DNA of 63,952 nt, filler included, from Collodictyon triciliatum (Eukaryota), in assembly GCA_043381765.1 (NCBI GenBank). It is 5 parts of 5 records of this genome, joined end to end, with 100 filler letters (N's around TTAATTAATTAA, not from the genome) between each part and the next. Parts side by side here need not be neighbours in the genome. Positions count along the whole stretch, not along the records: positions 1 to 13,852 come from JBHJMP010001905.1; 4 more parts are not named here. One strand, written 5' to 3'. Below the pieces are notes generated by a model that was given only the letters and a program-made list of their open reading frames with translations, was not told where the DNA came from and did no database searches. Below, in pieces: positions 1 to 13,952 of the stretch (positions within the stretch are counted from its first letter, which is position 1; each line of letters opens with the position of its first letter). The translations under genes and the position numbers were made by a program.

Positions 1-1029
1 AGCTACTGGGCTCTCTTTGATCGGCGCATCGGTGTGGCCGAGGGGCCTTGGTCGAGTTGTGTCCTCGATTCTCGTGCGTTCGAGTGTGTTTGTCTCAAGC
101 TTTCGCTTTCGACCTCCACACTCGAGTCGGGCTCCATGAGTTGTTATTCTATCCAAGGAGTCAGCAGAGGGCTCATATGAATATTTGTCCTACCGTCCAG
201 CAAAGTTAGGCTGACAAGGACAAAAGCAAAGGCTGGTCAGGATAATGAAGAAACGGCAGAGTATGTCGCAGCTCCCAGAGCAACCGGAGAGTATTCGCCC
301 ATTTGCGTGCGGTTCTCTGATGAATCACACAATCGCGGGACTGCAAAAGAGGCGGCGAGGTATACTTCCAGAGTTTGGCAGGCCCAGTCGAGGCTCAAGA
401 GTCCCTCCTGCTTCATGCGTGATGACTCCCGACTGAGTGCAAAGCCCATCGCATCACGCAACAACACGAATGACCCAACGGCCTTTTTTTTTGTCAGCGC
501 GCAATGTTTCTGCGGGCTGACGAGACGGGCAGCAATCGCAAGTGAAACCATATCCAGATTTATTGATATACGACGACAACTCCTGTGAAGGAAGAGCGGG
601 AATGTGGTGAAGGGAAGAGAGCAAGGAAGGCGAATGATTGATGGTGATGGAGAGGGATTAGTATGGAGCACATTCGGGCAAATGCAGAGACCCATCGGAA
701 GGAGATAAGTCTGAGATGAGCGAGACAGTAGAAAGGCAGGAGAACATGAACGGGAATGAGGAAGGAAGTGGGAAAGAAAGTAAGAAAGAAAGAGTGGGAA
801 AGAGAGGAATATCCATATGAATCTGCCAGATACACGATTAGTGTTCGTCCTATCTGCAACAGGGAAAGTGTGGGGCGGACGGGATAGGAAGGAAGGGTGA
901 AAGTGGCCATGAAGGAGAAAGAAAGGTGCGAAAAGAGAGGTGCTGTTTCGATTAAGAAATTAGGCTGGATTGAACGGCGGGCTTCAGACTCGACTCTGTT
1001 GGCTTGCTTGGGTCACCTGCGGATTAATC

Positions 1030-3159
1030 CTATTCCGGTCCAGAAACAGGGGATGACTTGCGCTGTTTCTTTTGAGGCGGCTTCACTTTTCGTGTGCGCT
1101 CCAACAGTGCATATCTAAAGGTAGGATGGCGAAACATAAGCAGTTGGTAATATAAGGAGGAAATATGTCTCTTTGGAGGATATTACTATCGTCCTGAACA
1201 GCTCATGAATATTTTGTAAAAATAATAACAAATAAATAGATTTTTACTCGTTTCGAATCTCCTTGGCTCGGTCTCTGTACTCCTCTTGTTGGTCGCGAGG
1301 AAGTTCTCTCCACATTTTCCCCAGGATCGAGGCCATTTGTGTAGTGGAAAAGAAAGCATTCTTCGACAATATCTTTTTTCTCCATTCCTGCGGTTAAAAA
1401 GAAGTGTTTATATTTAATATTGATTGAACTAGTGGTTTCTTAAAGAAGAATATCATCCGAGTAAGCAAAACACTTCTCACCTGACAAAAGAGTAGATAAG
1501 CATTCATATTCTTTGCAGACTCGTCGTAGATGGTTGGATGATAATGTGGTGGTGGAGAGCGCGTAATTTCAGCTTCGTCCAAGGAGTCCATTTCGGAATG
1601 AATAATGTCCTGGTGCATCGGGAAGGTCATTGAGCGAATGGAATCCGATTGCTGTGTCTTGGAATCGCTTTGGGTTGGTTGTTTCCTTTTCTCTTGGGTC
1701 TCACAGGTGGAAGATATGTCAGCAAATGTATTAGGCTGATATTGTGGTGGCTTTGTCTTCAGGCATTGAGGCTGGCTTTGCGATTGCATGTGGGGTTGTG
1801 CTGATGAAGGCATTTGACTTGGTATGGAGCTATTACCGGCCGCTCGAGACTGGGACTGAGACTGCTGTGGGTAATCTCCAAAGTAATACATTTGACCGGA
1901 TGATTTCGAATTGGTAGAAACCAGCGAAGGAAAGTGAGGTATAGAAGGAATCTGCCTCAAGGCGTCCACATTTTGGCCTTGAAAGAAGCGGTAGACTGCC
2001 TGCTGTGGCTGGGCTGTGTCTGACTCCGGTGAGCTGGTGTGAAGGTTTTGTGACTGTTTCTGATCATCGCACACTACTATTTAATGTTGTCTTTGTTAAT
2101 TATTTGGGGTTTTTTTCTTTAAATAAAATAAAGGCAAATGATTGTCAACAAGGCTATGATATTTTGGCTAACATAGGGAGGTTACCATAGAATATAAAAG
2201 ACTGACCTTTCACAGCCGTGACAGGAATGAGTATGATTGCGCTTTTGTAGTCGGGCACATATATGTTGGTGCATGTGGGCTGCTCCTTGTTTAGCCTGAC
2301 TTGTGGATAGGCAATGGGCTCTGAGTTTTGCGGGTAAAAGACCTTTGGGAGTTGGTTGGCGTTGAAGTAAACAGTCGCTGGAGATGGTGCTTTGTCCTCC
2401 GAAAAGAAAGACGGGGAGAAGAAGTCGTCAATCTGCCGTGTCTTTCGTAGCGCCCAAAGAATAGAAATAAGAGTGGCACAATTAGAAAAGTCTTATGAAA
2501 TACAAGAGACAATCGACATTAAGCCAGTGTATGCCTATGTACATATGTATGTGTATACAGGAGTGGCTGAAGAGGAGAATGGTGTGGTCCATAAAGGTCG
2601 AAAGACATACCACGTCGTGGCTTTGCTGCAGTGGAGAGTAGTCGCGCGACAGAAAGGGGGTCGAGTCGGAGTTTGAGGACGGATCCGAGAAGGGCTGGGC
2701 TGGCTGTGTGTAAAAGAGCGGGTGGTCTGAGCGCTGGGCCGGTGAGGGCTGTGCGCTTGCAGACTTTATTGCCGAGAAGTCGAGGGTCTGCGTGGGGAAT
2801 GACTCAGCGCACATTCTCTGCGGCGAGAAGCGGCCGCAGCCTTGATTTGCGCGAGACTCTTGGTCGTCCTCGTCCTCGTCATTTGCTCCTTCGTCCATGA
2901 AGTACTTTGCCGTGTCGCGCTCAAAGAGGCTCGGATTCATGAGGAAGCTGTAGAAGCCGTTGTCGTTCTGGCTGTCGCTTGTGTCGGTCTTTACGTTTGC
3001 GTTTGAGACTGGGCTTGTGTTTGAAGTGTAGTTTGCGCTTGTGCTTGTGCTTGTTTTTGTGTTGGTCTCTGCGCTTGAGTCTCTGTGCTCGGGCGCTGGT
3101 GTCCCAGACTCGGCCGAGTGAAGGGCAACTTGCTTGGTGGTGGCGGTGGTGGTGGCCAT
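1030..3159 (-). CDS. HMG-box DNA-binding protein with a long S/T/Q/P-rich disordered N-terminus (5 exons)
   Basis: Manual GT-AG splicing joins MATTTATTKQ... to ...AKNMNAYLLFCQ|EWRKKILSKNAFFSTTQMASILGKMWRELPRDQQEEYRDRAKEIRNE|YALLERTRKVKPPQKKQRK...GPE*. This is a single typical HMG box (NAY/F..F, LG..W..L....K..Y...A) followed by a basic tail. Confidence 0.85.
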
Positions 3160-3675
3160 GGTGACTTGCTGTAGCGAGCAGATTCTTTTCTTTCCTGCTT
3201 TTTTGTGAGGCTGTCTCTGTCTGCTGCAGGAGTCCTTTTGGCGAGGAAAGAGTGTGTTTGTGTGTGATTAGTCTCGAGCAGGGCCAATTCTTACGCTTGC
3301 GTTGGACGCGACGATCCTTCCTGTCGATCGCTGGTTTTTTCGTGGCAGTGAGGATTCCTTCAAGCCGTGCTTACTTATATCTCCTCGGCGGCGCTTTTCA
3401 ATAATCAAGAAGGAAAAACGCACCCACGAATATTCGCGTTGGCTATGAAATTGAAACTTCCGCTCAGTCGATTCTGGTTGAAATTTGGTGCTCTTGGTCA
3501 ATCACTTTTTCGATGGCTGGAAAATTCTCTGTCGCGCGTCCTCATTGGGTGCCGTCCTTCGTAATGTCCGTCACTAATTCGTCACCCTTCTTGGGACGAT
3601 GTTCAGTGCCCCACGAACCTTCCACGCCAAAACTCATCCCGTTTTGAACCAAAAATCCAAGTGAGGAAGTATTTC

Positions 3676-3830
3676 TGACGTGGAAAGGGCCCGTTCTGGA
3701 TGGGTTAATCCAGAAGCGTCCAAGGTGCTGGACTAAATTGGGTGTGCCACGTCATATTACGGCATCCATCGCATATGGATAAAAGACGAGTCCTAAAATA
3801 GAAGTATCTCTTTATTTGTGACGTCACAAA
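3676..3830. promoter_or_regulatory. Cluster of ACGT-core (bZIP/CRE-like) motifs upstream of the HMG-box gene
   Basis: TGACGTGG at 3676-3683, GCCACGTCA at 3746-3754 and a perfect 16-bp palindrome TTTGTGACGTCACAAA at 3815-3830, all between the MKS1 stop and the HMG-box start. Confidence 0.4.
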
Positions 3831-3933
3831 CATTTTCTCTGGCAAATTTGGGCATATTCCACATATGTATAATTATTTCGCCCTCCAATATAGGTGCAGC
3901 AATGACATTCTGCGATTGAGCTCGCATTCCCTT

Positions 3934-6623
3934 TCAGTCTTCCTTGTAATCGGCCTGAGGGTGGAGTGGCGTCGGCGTTGAATCTGGTTCGGCCTCCTGC
4001 TGCGTTCTGCGGCGAGCGCGGGAAAGAATCTCGAGTGCTGCTTGGAGCCCGCTTCTCTCGGTGGTCGGTCTGAAAGAATGATAACCGTCATTTTCTTTTC
4101 AAGATAGAAACAAAATGAGATGGTATGTAAGCCGCAATCAATGTGAGCATGATAATAGACATGCTCATTTCCACCATCTCGAACGAAAAAAAAAAGAAAA
4201 TCATCTTGTTATACTGATTACTATGATACCAAATTTTCATAGCGTTGCAGAGGTCTTACGTAGTGGCTTTGGGTGATAGATCGCGTGCTGCTGTCTGCGC
4301 TGCTGTTCTGTTTACTCGGTGTTTCACATTGGATTGTAAATGGGTACGTGCACTTGTGCGTGTTTGAGACTGTGCTCTGGTTTGTGCCTGCGATTGCGGT
4401 GGGGAGGGAGGTTGTGCGTGCGGTCTGTTGGTTGTGCTCTTTGCCTGATTCGCTCTCGGATGTCTATAAGTATGCAGATAAAATAAATGCATATTGAGAG
4501 CGGCCTACTTTTATTGCATTTATGAATATAGAGGAAAGATTAGATATTTATTTTACACTTTAAAAGAAAGTTGAATGAGTAGCGTTAGAGGCACATTGTT
4601 CGCTGAGTCTAGTAAAATTCGGCAAATACATTTACAAATACGTATTCACTTGCCACACACATCTTATAACCATAGAGTAAGGCGAAATAAACCTAGTTTG
4701 ATGGAGAATGTTGAGCTGCAGTCGAACAACTCCGGTTGTTTCAGTTTCGAAACCATACTTATTCAGTGCGCGGCCCTACCAGTATATTTGAAAGCCTTTA
4801 GAGATACGGAAAATATAATCAATAACTACATTTGATCGTTGATTCTGTAAGAAGGTCACTTCAATTATCAACCTGAAATCCCTGCGGAACTGCGCCATAG
4901 CGGTAGTCGTATATCTCACGAGCGCCGCCGATATGCCAGCTCTTAATGCGTGACTGTAAATCGTGCGTTGGGTTCCATACATTAACATCGATATTGTGAT
5001 GTCCTGTTTATTATTGATGAGACATGCAAATATGAGCAAATAAGATAAAGGAAGATGAATCTGCATTGTAAGAGAATTCATGAAACAAAAATAAAATTAC
5101 CTGGATTTCTGGGAAGGTAAGTGTAGCCATACCCATGGATTGTGTTCCTGTCTTTTCCATCATATGAATCAATTTCGACAAATATCCTCGGTGTCTCCTC
5201 TTCGTTTTCTAACCATTTGATTTGAGACAAAAAGAAGTATATGAAGTGGAATCGCGTCCTTCTTTTCTTCTTTTCTTTTTTCTAAGAAATCTAAGCGTGG
5301 ATTCCGAGAACAAAACATAACATGGACCGAGATGGAGGGTAAGGGAAGACGGAAAATCTTTCACCATATTATATAAAAATGGCGAAATGTCATACCTTGC
5401 TCAGAAACGAGAGAAAATTCTATTGGAAAGCAAAAAGACGCCACTGATGTTTCCTTGCTTTCACTCACTTCGTACACAACATGACAACTATGCGTGATTC
5501 CTCCAAGATAGCTACAAATATAGTCATCGGACCAAAGATAAGACTAGTAGAGCTTACTTTGAATCGAATAAAGGAAAAAAAAAAGACTAGTAGAGCTTAA
5601 ATATAAGCAAAAGGGTGGAACTAACTGAACGTTTGAATTTTTACCTCCCTTCTCTTGCATACCAACCGCCAGGTAGCTCAACAAAGTATTTTACATACCT
5701 GGATTTGTTTTTAGCACTAGTTTGAAATCAAAATACGAAATCCTTTACAGCTTTTGTGATATAAAATCAAGTAATCAATAATGCTTTGTCTTATTCTTTT
5801 AAACGGAAAGAATTGGGTACATATGTTTTGCATCAAAACCACGTGCATCGACAATTTGACCGTGAACATATACATTTCTTCCTGTGCATTCAGGCATTTG
5901 GAAGTCTGTTCCAATTAGAGCAACTTGATTTTTCTTTGCTCTAATTATGATAGTAATGGCAATAGAGTGAGCAACTAATTACAAACAGATATGTTCACCG
6001 ATGGAATTTGACGCATTATTTGAGGCTATGAAGGAACTAGAAAAAGTTTCGGAAAGCATAATACAATTAATGGCGGTCGCATGTGTATTCATACCCCGAG
6101 AAAAAGTTTTGTATTGTTTTTAGCTGGGCCTCTTGTTGGTCGGACAATCTCGACTCACTCAAATTTTCGATTAGGTATTCATACACTCCGCTTTTTGTGG
6201 TGAATTTATACGGTGTTTTCGATGATGTTGAGAATCCTGGCTATTTGCATATGTGAAAAAAAATAAAATATTAGAGCCAGCATAAGCGAAAAGAGTGTTG
6301 CTAGCCATTTATGTGAGAGAACATTCATCTGGGGGGAATATGCGTGCTTTTTTTTTTAAAAAAAAAAAGTGTAGTTTGGAAACGAAGCAATATTATACCC
6401 GCATCTCAAGAGCTCCATTTGAAAAGTACCGAATCACGCACAAGGTCTCTTCGTGGCACAAATGGGATGTGGCTTCATCTTTCGATTGCCTTAGAGAATT
6501 CCTGAAATAACAATTTGAAAATGATTCAAGTCAACCGCCGTGCCTTGGTGAGATACAATAATTTACCAGAAAAAAAACTGATAAAGATGACCACGCCGTG
6601 ATTATGAAGCAAATTAATTATGA

Positions 6624-6720
<97 letters not shown>

Positions 6721-8023
6721 GGGTATTCATGAAGAGTAAAGACTAAAAAAAATATTTTACAAATCAACATCCACCGCGCAGCGAATATACATAATTTGGC
6801 TAGATTGCTCAGTTATGAAGTTATAGCTACTTCGAATCGGTATCTTGGAAGGTGATGTACTTCGAGAGTCATCTACTTTTAGAGGAAAATCAGGCTGGGA
6901 CTCTGAAGTACCAGTCATTAATTTCGTATGGTAATCTGGAAACGCAGACACATCATCTCCCTAATCATTACCAGACATATTTATTTATTTTTTTAAGTTT
7001 AATCATGCGCAGGACTAATTTTTTTCTTGGTGATAAAGGTACTGATCTACAAATTGAATTCCAGCAACAATTAAAAAAAAAACCAGTTTTTCTATAGTCT
7101 GGGTCTAACCTCCACTACAGTGTATATTGATTCGCCATCGTAGCAATCATATCCTAATTCTCTCCTTTCCTGGTCAAGCCTTCTAATGTGCTCCGCGTTA
7201 GCCTCCAAAATCTGATTGCTTGAGTTCTGAAGATGACGATAGTAAACAGCCTCCCTATATCGTACCACAAATGAATAAATGGTATGCAAATGCAACGTAA
7301 ATAAGGACACAAAGAAACAAATGCGCAGATCCGCAAAGAATCGTTACTGAACTATGCATGTTGATGTTGGAACACACCATAATAGAAGGAAGAATAAATT
7401 AAAATAATAATAATAACGAAAAAAAAAACCTATGGGCAAATATGAATGCTGGACTCGTACCTCGGCCCAAATATCTTCTGCTGCCAATGGAAACCGACGG
7501 CCATCACCTGATGCAAAGCATGCCGTGGCTGAGCGGCACTGCGATGAGACACATGCATGGTACTCTGCCTTGTGAGATTCGTCCCTGCGTCGGGATAAAT
7601 CCGATGACCGTCCGGATCGATGTCCCGAGCAGAATCCGGGCGCGGGTCGCGCGAACTCGGAGGGATGACACTGCTTGGCACCGAGAAGTCGTCTGCGTTG
7701 AGGAGATCCTCCTGCGGACTGAAGACTGTGGGCGGGCGAGGGCTTGTGAAGAGGCCGAAGGGCAAAGACTGATCTGCAGCCGAACGTCCCGCAACGCCAG
7801 AGTCTTCCGCCTCGCGCTCAAGTCGAAGAAGGTCGTGCAAGCCTTGCTGCTCAGTCTGCTTCACGCAGGCCGGATCGGACGTTACAAAACCTGCAGCAAC
7901 ATCGGCAAAGCGCGAGAGTTTGGACGAGACGCCGCGGCGCGGTGTGAAGCATACTTGTACTCGGATTCGCAGGTTTTGGATCGGGTCGCTGGTTCGGTAT
8001 GTGCTGGTGGGATAGCGCTTCAT
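3934..8023 (-). CDS. MKS1: Meckel syndrome type 1 protein homologue (B9/C2-domain ciliary transition-zone protein), multi-exon
   Basis: Spliced peptide segments match recalled MKS1 motifs: N-terminal YRTSDPIQNLRIRV, FHWQQKIFGP, ETLCVIRYFSNGALEMRPGF, GHHNIDVNVWNP...SWHIGGAREIYDYRY, LNKYGFETETTGVVRLQLNILHQ and C-terminal LEILSRARRR. Stop TGA at 3934-3936. Confidence 0.88.
6624..6720. repeat. (TAA)n microsatellite in an MKS1 intron
   Basis: About 32 perfect TAA units. Confidence 0.95.
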
Positions 8024-8487
8024 CGGCTTTCCTTCGTTGCGGCTGCTGGGTGTCCTCGGTGACTATGTGTACTATATAAACTGTAAAAAAAAAAAAAAAT
8101 ACTTTGTCCTCGTAGGTGATTTATTGGATTTTTATTGGATTTTTTGCTGGATTTTTGCTTATGTGCTTCTAGAAGAAAATAACTATGTTGAGTCCACGGC
8201 TTATGTGCACCATTAATCGTACTTTTGGGTATTCTTCATAACTTTCATCTACTTCTACAATGAAGAGTATTAAAAAAAAAAAAAAAGACTGCGGAGAAGG
8301 TATGGAAGGGTGGGGCTTTTTCGCTGTATAGAGCAGGGAAGAAGGATGTTTTGTGCTGCGCACTTAGATAGAGGTTGCCCAGACTCAGCTAATATAGACA
8401 GTGGAAAATATAAAAACATTTCGCAACTTGTGAGACCATCCTCCTTCTTTTCTTTTCTTCACTTCGACCGGGGCCGCTAGTCATATC

Positions 8488-11400
8488 CTACTTTAATTCT
8501 ACACTTCCGAGAACTCTCTGGAAAATGTCTTCCACTCGTATGACTTCTGCTCGAGTTTTTCCGAGATGGGATTCCATGATTGTATATTGTGTCCTTGATA
8601 GTTGAATCTGAATTGTATCGCGCAGAATAGCCATGTATCGATGCAGATTAATACGAATAGGAAAAATGTGAGGAAAAATTGTGCAGTTATGTGTCGTGAT
8701 AATTTTGTTCCATAAAACGACTTCGAAGGAAATTCTGTTGTTCATTGGGGAGTTGGTTTTCAATTGTAATTCTACATGAATATGAATTCCCATTAATCTA
8801 TCTTTATGATTAAAAGTTGGCAATATACCTTAATATAGAGCAAGCAGAATGATGAAAGAAAATGCACATAATGACGGGCGACTTGAATGTCTTCTAGCTC
8901 CTCTGCAATAAAATACTCGATTCTTTTACGAAGGCTATCCAAAGTTAAATAGTCAGATATTTGGCTATCTAGATTTTACTATGTGCGTTTTAATTGGATC
9001 GGAAAATTAAAAAATATTAGATACAAATTTTCTCTCAGATTGACTAATAAATGAACGGTGGTGTGTATTCACTCACTATATTAGCTCATTTGTTTCTACG
9101 CAGAATTCAGGGTATTTTTCCATGTATTCGATATATTTCCAGTAGGATTCAAATATCTTATTTGACCCATCCCTGTGAATTCAGCGTTTATTGAAAATAA
9201 ATCGACTTGAGCATTTCCATATCATAGAAATGACATTAACAATAAAATAGTTCATAATTAAATTTCATGATTACTGAATGATGGTCTTCGTGCGTTTGTA
9301 TCTCAAATTTGTATTACCTCAGTGATTGATACAGCGTGTTCCATGGAATCATTTCCACGTATTCGTTACCATCATTTTTCCAAGACCTTTTGTAAATATC
9401 GAAATTAACTCAGGTGTATAATAATAGCACCGAACGGCTGATAAATATATTCGACATAAAAGATGATAGCTGGTGTACTTTCTTACGATTCAGGTATCAA
9501 TTAAAGTTATTTTGTATATGCTTGTGTGAATCTTGGTTACTCACAATTTAAATGTATCAAACATTTTTGCATCGATTTTAGAGAATGCTTTAAATCCGTT
9601 GAAATCCATCTTCTGTATAAATAAATAGAATATGCTTATTAATATTCATTAAAAAAATATCTGAGTATTGATGATGGAAAGAAAAATCTCATCAAAATGT
9701 CTGTGACAGCAATCAGGACAATATGATACGTTTGCTTCTTTGGCACTTATCCCTGGAGAGCTGAAACTGTCCCATATTTTTGATATCTAGAGATGGGTAA
9801 AATGGATGAGTGGTTAACCCTTGTAAGTTACAAGCTTTATCCAATAATGATTAGTATTATCTTATAACTGACATCTTCACTTGGGATTCGACTCCTTATT
9901 TCTAATTTGCCCAGTAATAATAAAAAGTCGTCATATCCCAGTAAACGGTCGCTACATCATATCGATAAGCACGTATTTTTTAATAAAAATAATTGTAGTT
10001 GAGTAAGAAGAAACGGGTTTTTTTTTTATTTAATAAGCAACACTCATATGTTCATACTCGACAAGAAAATGTACCGGTCGATATCATGTTCTTCAAAAAG
10101 TTGCTTCAACCATGCCTCATATTCCATAAACATAGACATGGCCTCTTGGCAGAAAAGTGCCAGAAACGTGCCCCATTGAATTTTCAAGGCGTATACCACC
10201 TTTCTGCATTTGTGTCGATGAATTAGTATGAACAACAGAAAATTATGTGTCATGACCAAATTAATTGGCTGTTAATTGGAATTATTGGATTGTGTGTCTA
10301 ATATATACTCTTGGTTCATAGCCTCGGTCTCTCCTTTGAGAATTGCTGATGAATGTCTCTGTATAGACTTTACTGGTTTCTAGTCATATGCTGTCAGTAA
10401 ATGCCTTTTATGCGAACGCAGCTGTAGCAAGGTAATAGGGAGGAAAAAGCAGGAAATGAAACACAGTATGAATGAGGGCATACTTGATTTGGTAGAATCG
10501 GTATCATAGTGTATGCTGCCCTTTCTTTAACTTTGCCAGAAAACGCACTCTCAGCCTCTGGAGAACGAGGGCCGAAGACAATTCTATCAAGATTCAATAT
10601 ATTTAAATTATTATCATTATCATTATTAGTTTTGTTAAGCAATCCACGAGCCAAAAGTTCAAAGGAAAGGATATAAGTCGAACGGCATATATATTCAGTT
10701 AATGGAAAGAAACTCCCTTAAGAAAATTAAGAAATGAAATGTAATGGCCCGAATATGGTTTTACCTGGCAGCTTCTTCGCATCTTTTAACACAAACAAAT
10801 CGCGGTTGCATGGACGGGTCAAGAGGAGGAACAGGATAGTTTACACCCACAGGGAGCGTATCCAGTAAATTCATTGTCTAAAATAGATGATTGATTCCCG
10901 AGAATTTGAATCGTTAAGATAACTTGATATTAATCATCATTTCTGAACCAATTCATTCAGTATTTTATCTGTCATGTCCAAAAATCAAACCTTTAGAAAT
11001 AATGACAATACTTCCAGTGGATAGGTCTCGTCCAAAAATAACATGAATGAATTTATTACTTCATCATCTGCCCGATATGCCTACGTCATAGTTTCAACGA
11101 TTGTATGATGAAAAAAAAAAGGAAAGTGCAATATACATAAAGGGCTCCTGCTATCCCTTCATTCTCGCCAAGAAACATAACATTTAGAAACGAAAATTCA
11201 CTTGGGCGGATAAGATAGCCGAGGATATTTGTTGTTCTGCTAATTTTCTTGACGCGTACTTATTCTGTGTGTTCGATTGAAAGATAGCATGCAACATATT
11301 ATAAAAAAAAAAAAGGATGAATAACATTTCTTTTCTCAATTGTTCCATTCAAAGAAAATAAGATTTCTTGAGTTTTTTTTTTAAAAAAGAGAAATGATGA

Positions 11401-13680
11401 CAGAGGTGCACTCTTACACTCATAAACTGAATAAAGAATGGCCCCATCCTTAGTTTCTGTGTATTATGAGAGTTCGAAGTCTGATCCGATGCACATTTTG
11501 CCGCGTAAATGTCCCTAGAACGTCGTTAGGGTTGCATTAGTTATACTTCAATACATTCAGTATGTCTGATATTAATTCACTTTATCAGGCGGTGCATCCA
11601 ATGCCTCGTTTTTCCAGCTCGACTTTCAGCCAAGTTATGACGAGAAAGGATTTCAACCAGCTCTTTAGATTTTGGAGCAAACTTCCTTTGTGGGCGGACA
11701 GGAAAGGAACTCTCATGATCTTTTCCTTGTTGTAGTCTCCTGATGAACTTTTCCGCCAATTTCTGAGCTGAAGAACTCGTTGGTGCTGCGTCTCTCTGTA
11801 TTTTAATAGTAGAAAAGTTTTAGGGGATGCAAGAGAATCGGTGGTATTCATTCAATCTCCCAAAATACGTCATGGATCATCGGCTCATTTATTATATCAC
11901 ATATATAATATGTCGAGATTACAGACCTGATCGATTTGGATGGACTGGTATGCGTTCACTATGACATCATCAGGAATCCCTTCCTCTTGGTCAGGCCTCA
12001 AAGTGTTTACCTGAATTAAAGTAATAAGAAAAAAAAAAGTTATTTCGTATATATGAGCTTTTTGCGCACACTTTTAAGTGGAAACCTGGCTCTTTGAATC
12101 GAATAAAGGGGAGAGAAAAAAATGGGAAACCTGGCAAGCTCCATCGACCATGTAGCACAGAACCATATTACAATGAAAGCAAAGCAGAGAGTGTTCATCG
12201 CCAATTGCTTCTGATGACCCGTTCTCTTCATTTTCTGGCCCGAAAGTTTCTACATCAGTGACGAAGGCGTTTGCACTACGTTTTGTTGATAGTTTCTTTG
12301 CTTCTTCAATAGCAGCTGCCACATTCTTGACTTTCTCAGCGGTTTTTAAGAATGACTTCTTTCTTGAATCTAAACTTTGTCTCTCAGATTCTGTTTTCTC
12401 TGGTTTCACAAGGCCGATGACATTATGGTCCGCAGATGACTACAAAGAATTGATACTTTATATGCGTTTTGTTTTTTCCCCTTTTTGAATACCTCTAATG
12501 AAAAAAACATTGCAGATTGTTTGATTTTTATTTTTTCATAAAGCGGGATAAATATACAGGAACTTAAAGGAAAATAAGGTAAAAACTCACAACGCCGTGA
12601 ATAGGTGATTTGGTTCTTTCATTTACACGGTCGGGGATAATTCTTAAAGTTGAATCTTCCTCTTTTCTAGAAAAAAAGCCTTCCTTTTCGGAACGTACTG
12701 GTGTAGCTCTTTGGCTGTGTGATGAAGACGCCCTGATATTTTGGTCTTGATGCACCATTAAACCATCTCCGCTCAAATTCGTGTCCGTCTTTGAATCAGG
12801 CGAATAGTGGTTCTGGAGAGGTGATTTTGTACTCGAAGGATTTGTTTCTCCTTGATCGAACACACCAACCGCATGACCCAAGAAATCGGGAGAGTTTATG
12901 TGGGGTATGGTTATTTTCTTTGAGCTTCTTAAATCCTTTATAGATGTCTTTTCGTCTCCATTATTTGTCAAAGGTTTTTTGCCCGTGCTCACGACTTTTT
13001 GCAAACTCTTTGCATCCTTTGGAATGGTGGAGATTTTCTTGACCTCATCTATGGTATTACCTCTCAAAACAGTCGCGGGCTCTGTCAGGTAAGGGTCTGT
13101 TTGTACAGCCTTTTCGACAACTGGGACGTTTGCTTGAGCATCATCATTATTAGAGTTGTATGTATTTGGAGTTTCTGTCTTCATGAAATGTGTATTGCTG
13201 CTGTCAGTTGTGGAATCGGCTCCATCTTCTCCATCGTCCTCTGTAGCCTTTCTCGTTGCATCTTGTTCGGCATTGCCCTCGGTGCCTTCATTAGTCTCAT
13301 TCGAAGAATCTAACTGCGAGTCCGATTTCGACTTTGTCAAAGACATGAAAATTCGCTGTTCTTTGGCCAAAGGGAGGGTCTCCTTAGTTGAGGGGAAACC
13401 CTGAATTAAATTTTGATTAAAAATTGTGCGATAACTAAATGAATCGAATAACGAACTGTGCTAATCCACTTGATTGACTTATGTAACTTTCTCTCTTGTA
13501 AATCAAATTTTTGCCATTTGAATTTTTCTGCTTCTTCCTTTATTGACTCGTATAGTGTTTTTTGTTTTTTGTTTTTTGTTTTTTGTTTTTTACATGATAG
13601 GCTTTTTGAAGTGAAAATTACTTGCTGCTCTTTATCATTCACAACTATTTCATTCAGAATGATATTTCTCTGAGACTGGT
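8488..13680 (-). CDS. Large multi-exon protein with a low-complexity N-terminal region, a TSNAXIP1-like helical domain and EF-hand(s); 5' end probably cut by the contig end
   Basis: Spliced exons read ...HWMHRLIKDIYAAK...FFIQFMSNKYASRKLAEQQISSAILSAQAYRADDEVINSFMLFLDETYP..., then LKQLFEEHDID followed by DRLLGYDDFLLLL (an EF-hand-like loop). The family assignment is from recalled motif similarity only. Confidence 0.55.
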
Positions 13681-13852
13681 TGTATTTTGAGAAAGAATCG
13701 TTGTCGTTAGTTCATTGTAAGGTTAACATAAGATTGCGATTATTTATTATTATTTATTATTATTTATTATTATTTATTATTATTTATTATTATTATTTAT
13801 TATTATTATTTATTATTATTATTTATTATTATTATTTATTATTATTATTTAT

Positions 13853-13952
13853 NNNNNNNNNNNNNNNNNNNNNNNNNNNNNNNNNNNNNNNNNNNNTTAA
13901 TTAATTAANNNNNNNNNNNNNNNNNNNNNNNNNNNNNNNNNNNNNNNNNNNN
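13853..13952. other. Artificial contig linker (44N-TTAATTAATTAA-44N)
   Basis: 100-bp spacer with stops in all six frames, repeated identically four times in the window. Confidence 0.97.

Noticed and set aside
1..1000. ORFs at the left edge (237-695, 307-588, 560-910) and a possible minus-strand start MEPDSSVEVES at 137
   Set aside because: No recognisable domain or consistent exon chain; could be UTR or the start of a gene outside the window.
1108..1250. Apparent SOX/MATA-like tail LMFRHPTFRY in the HMG gene that would need a non-canonical acceptor or a U12-type intron
   Set aside because: A canonical acceptor (CCTTTAG|A) just downstream restores the frame as ...IRNEYALLER..., so no unusual splicing is needed.
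7442..8062. 206-aa plus-strand ORF
   Set aside because: Antisense shadow of the GC-rich first exon of MKS1.
13897..13908. TTAATTAATTAA palindrome recurring every ~13.95 kb as a biological periodic site (e.g. piggyBac TTAA or chromosome-breakage signal)
   Set aside because: Always centred in exactly 44+44 Ns, so it is a synthetic spacer.
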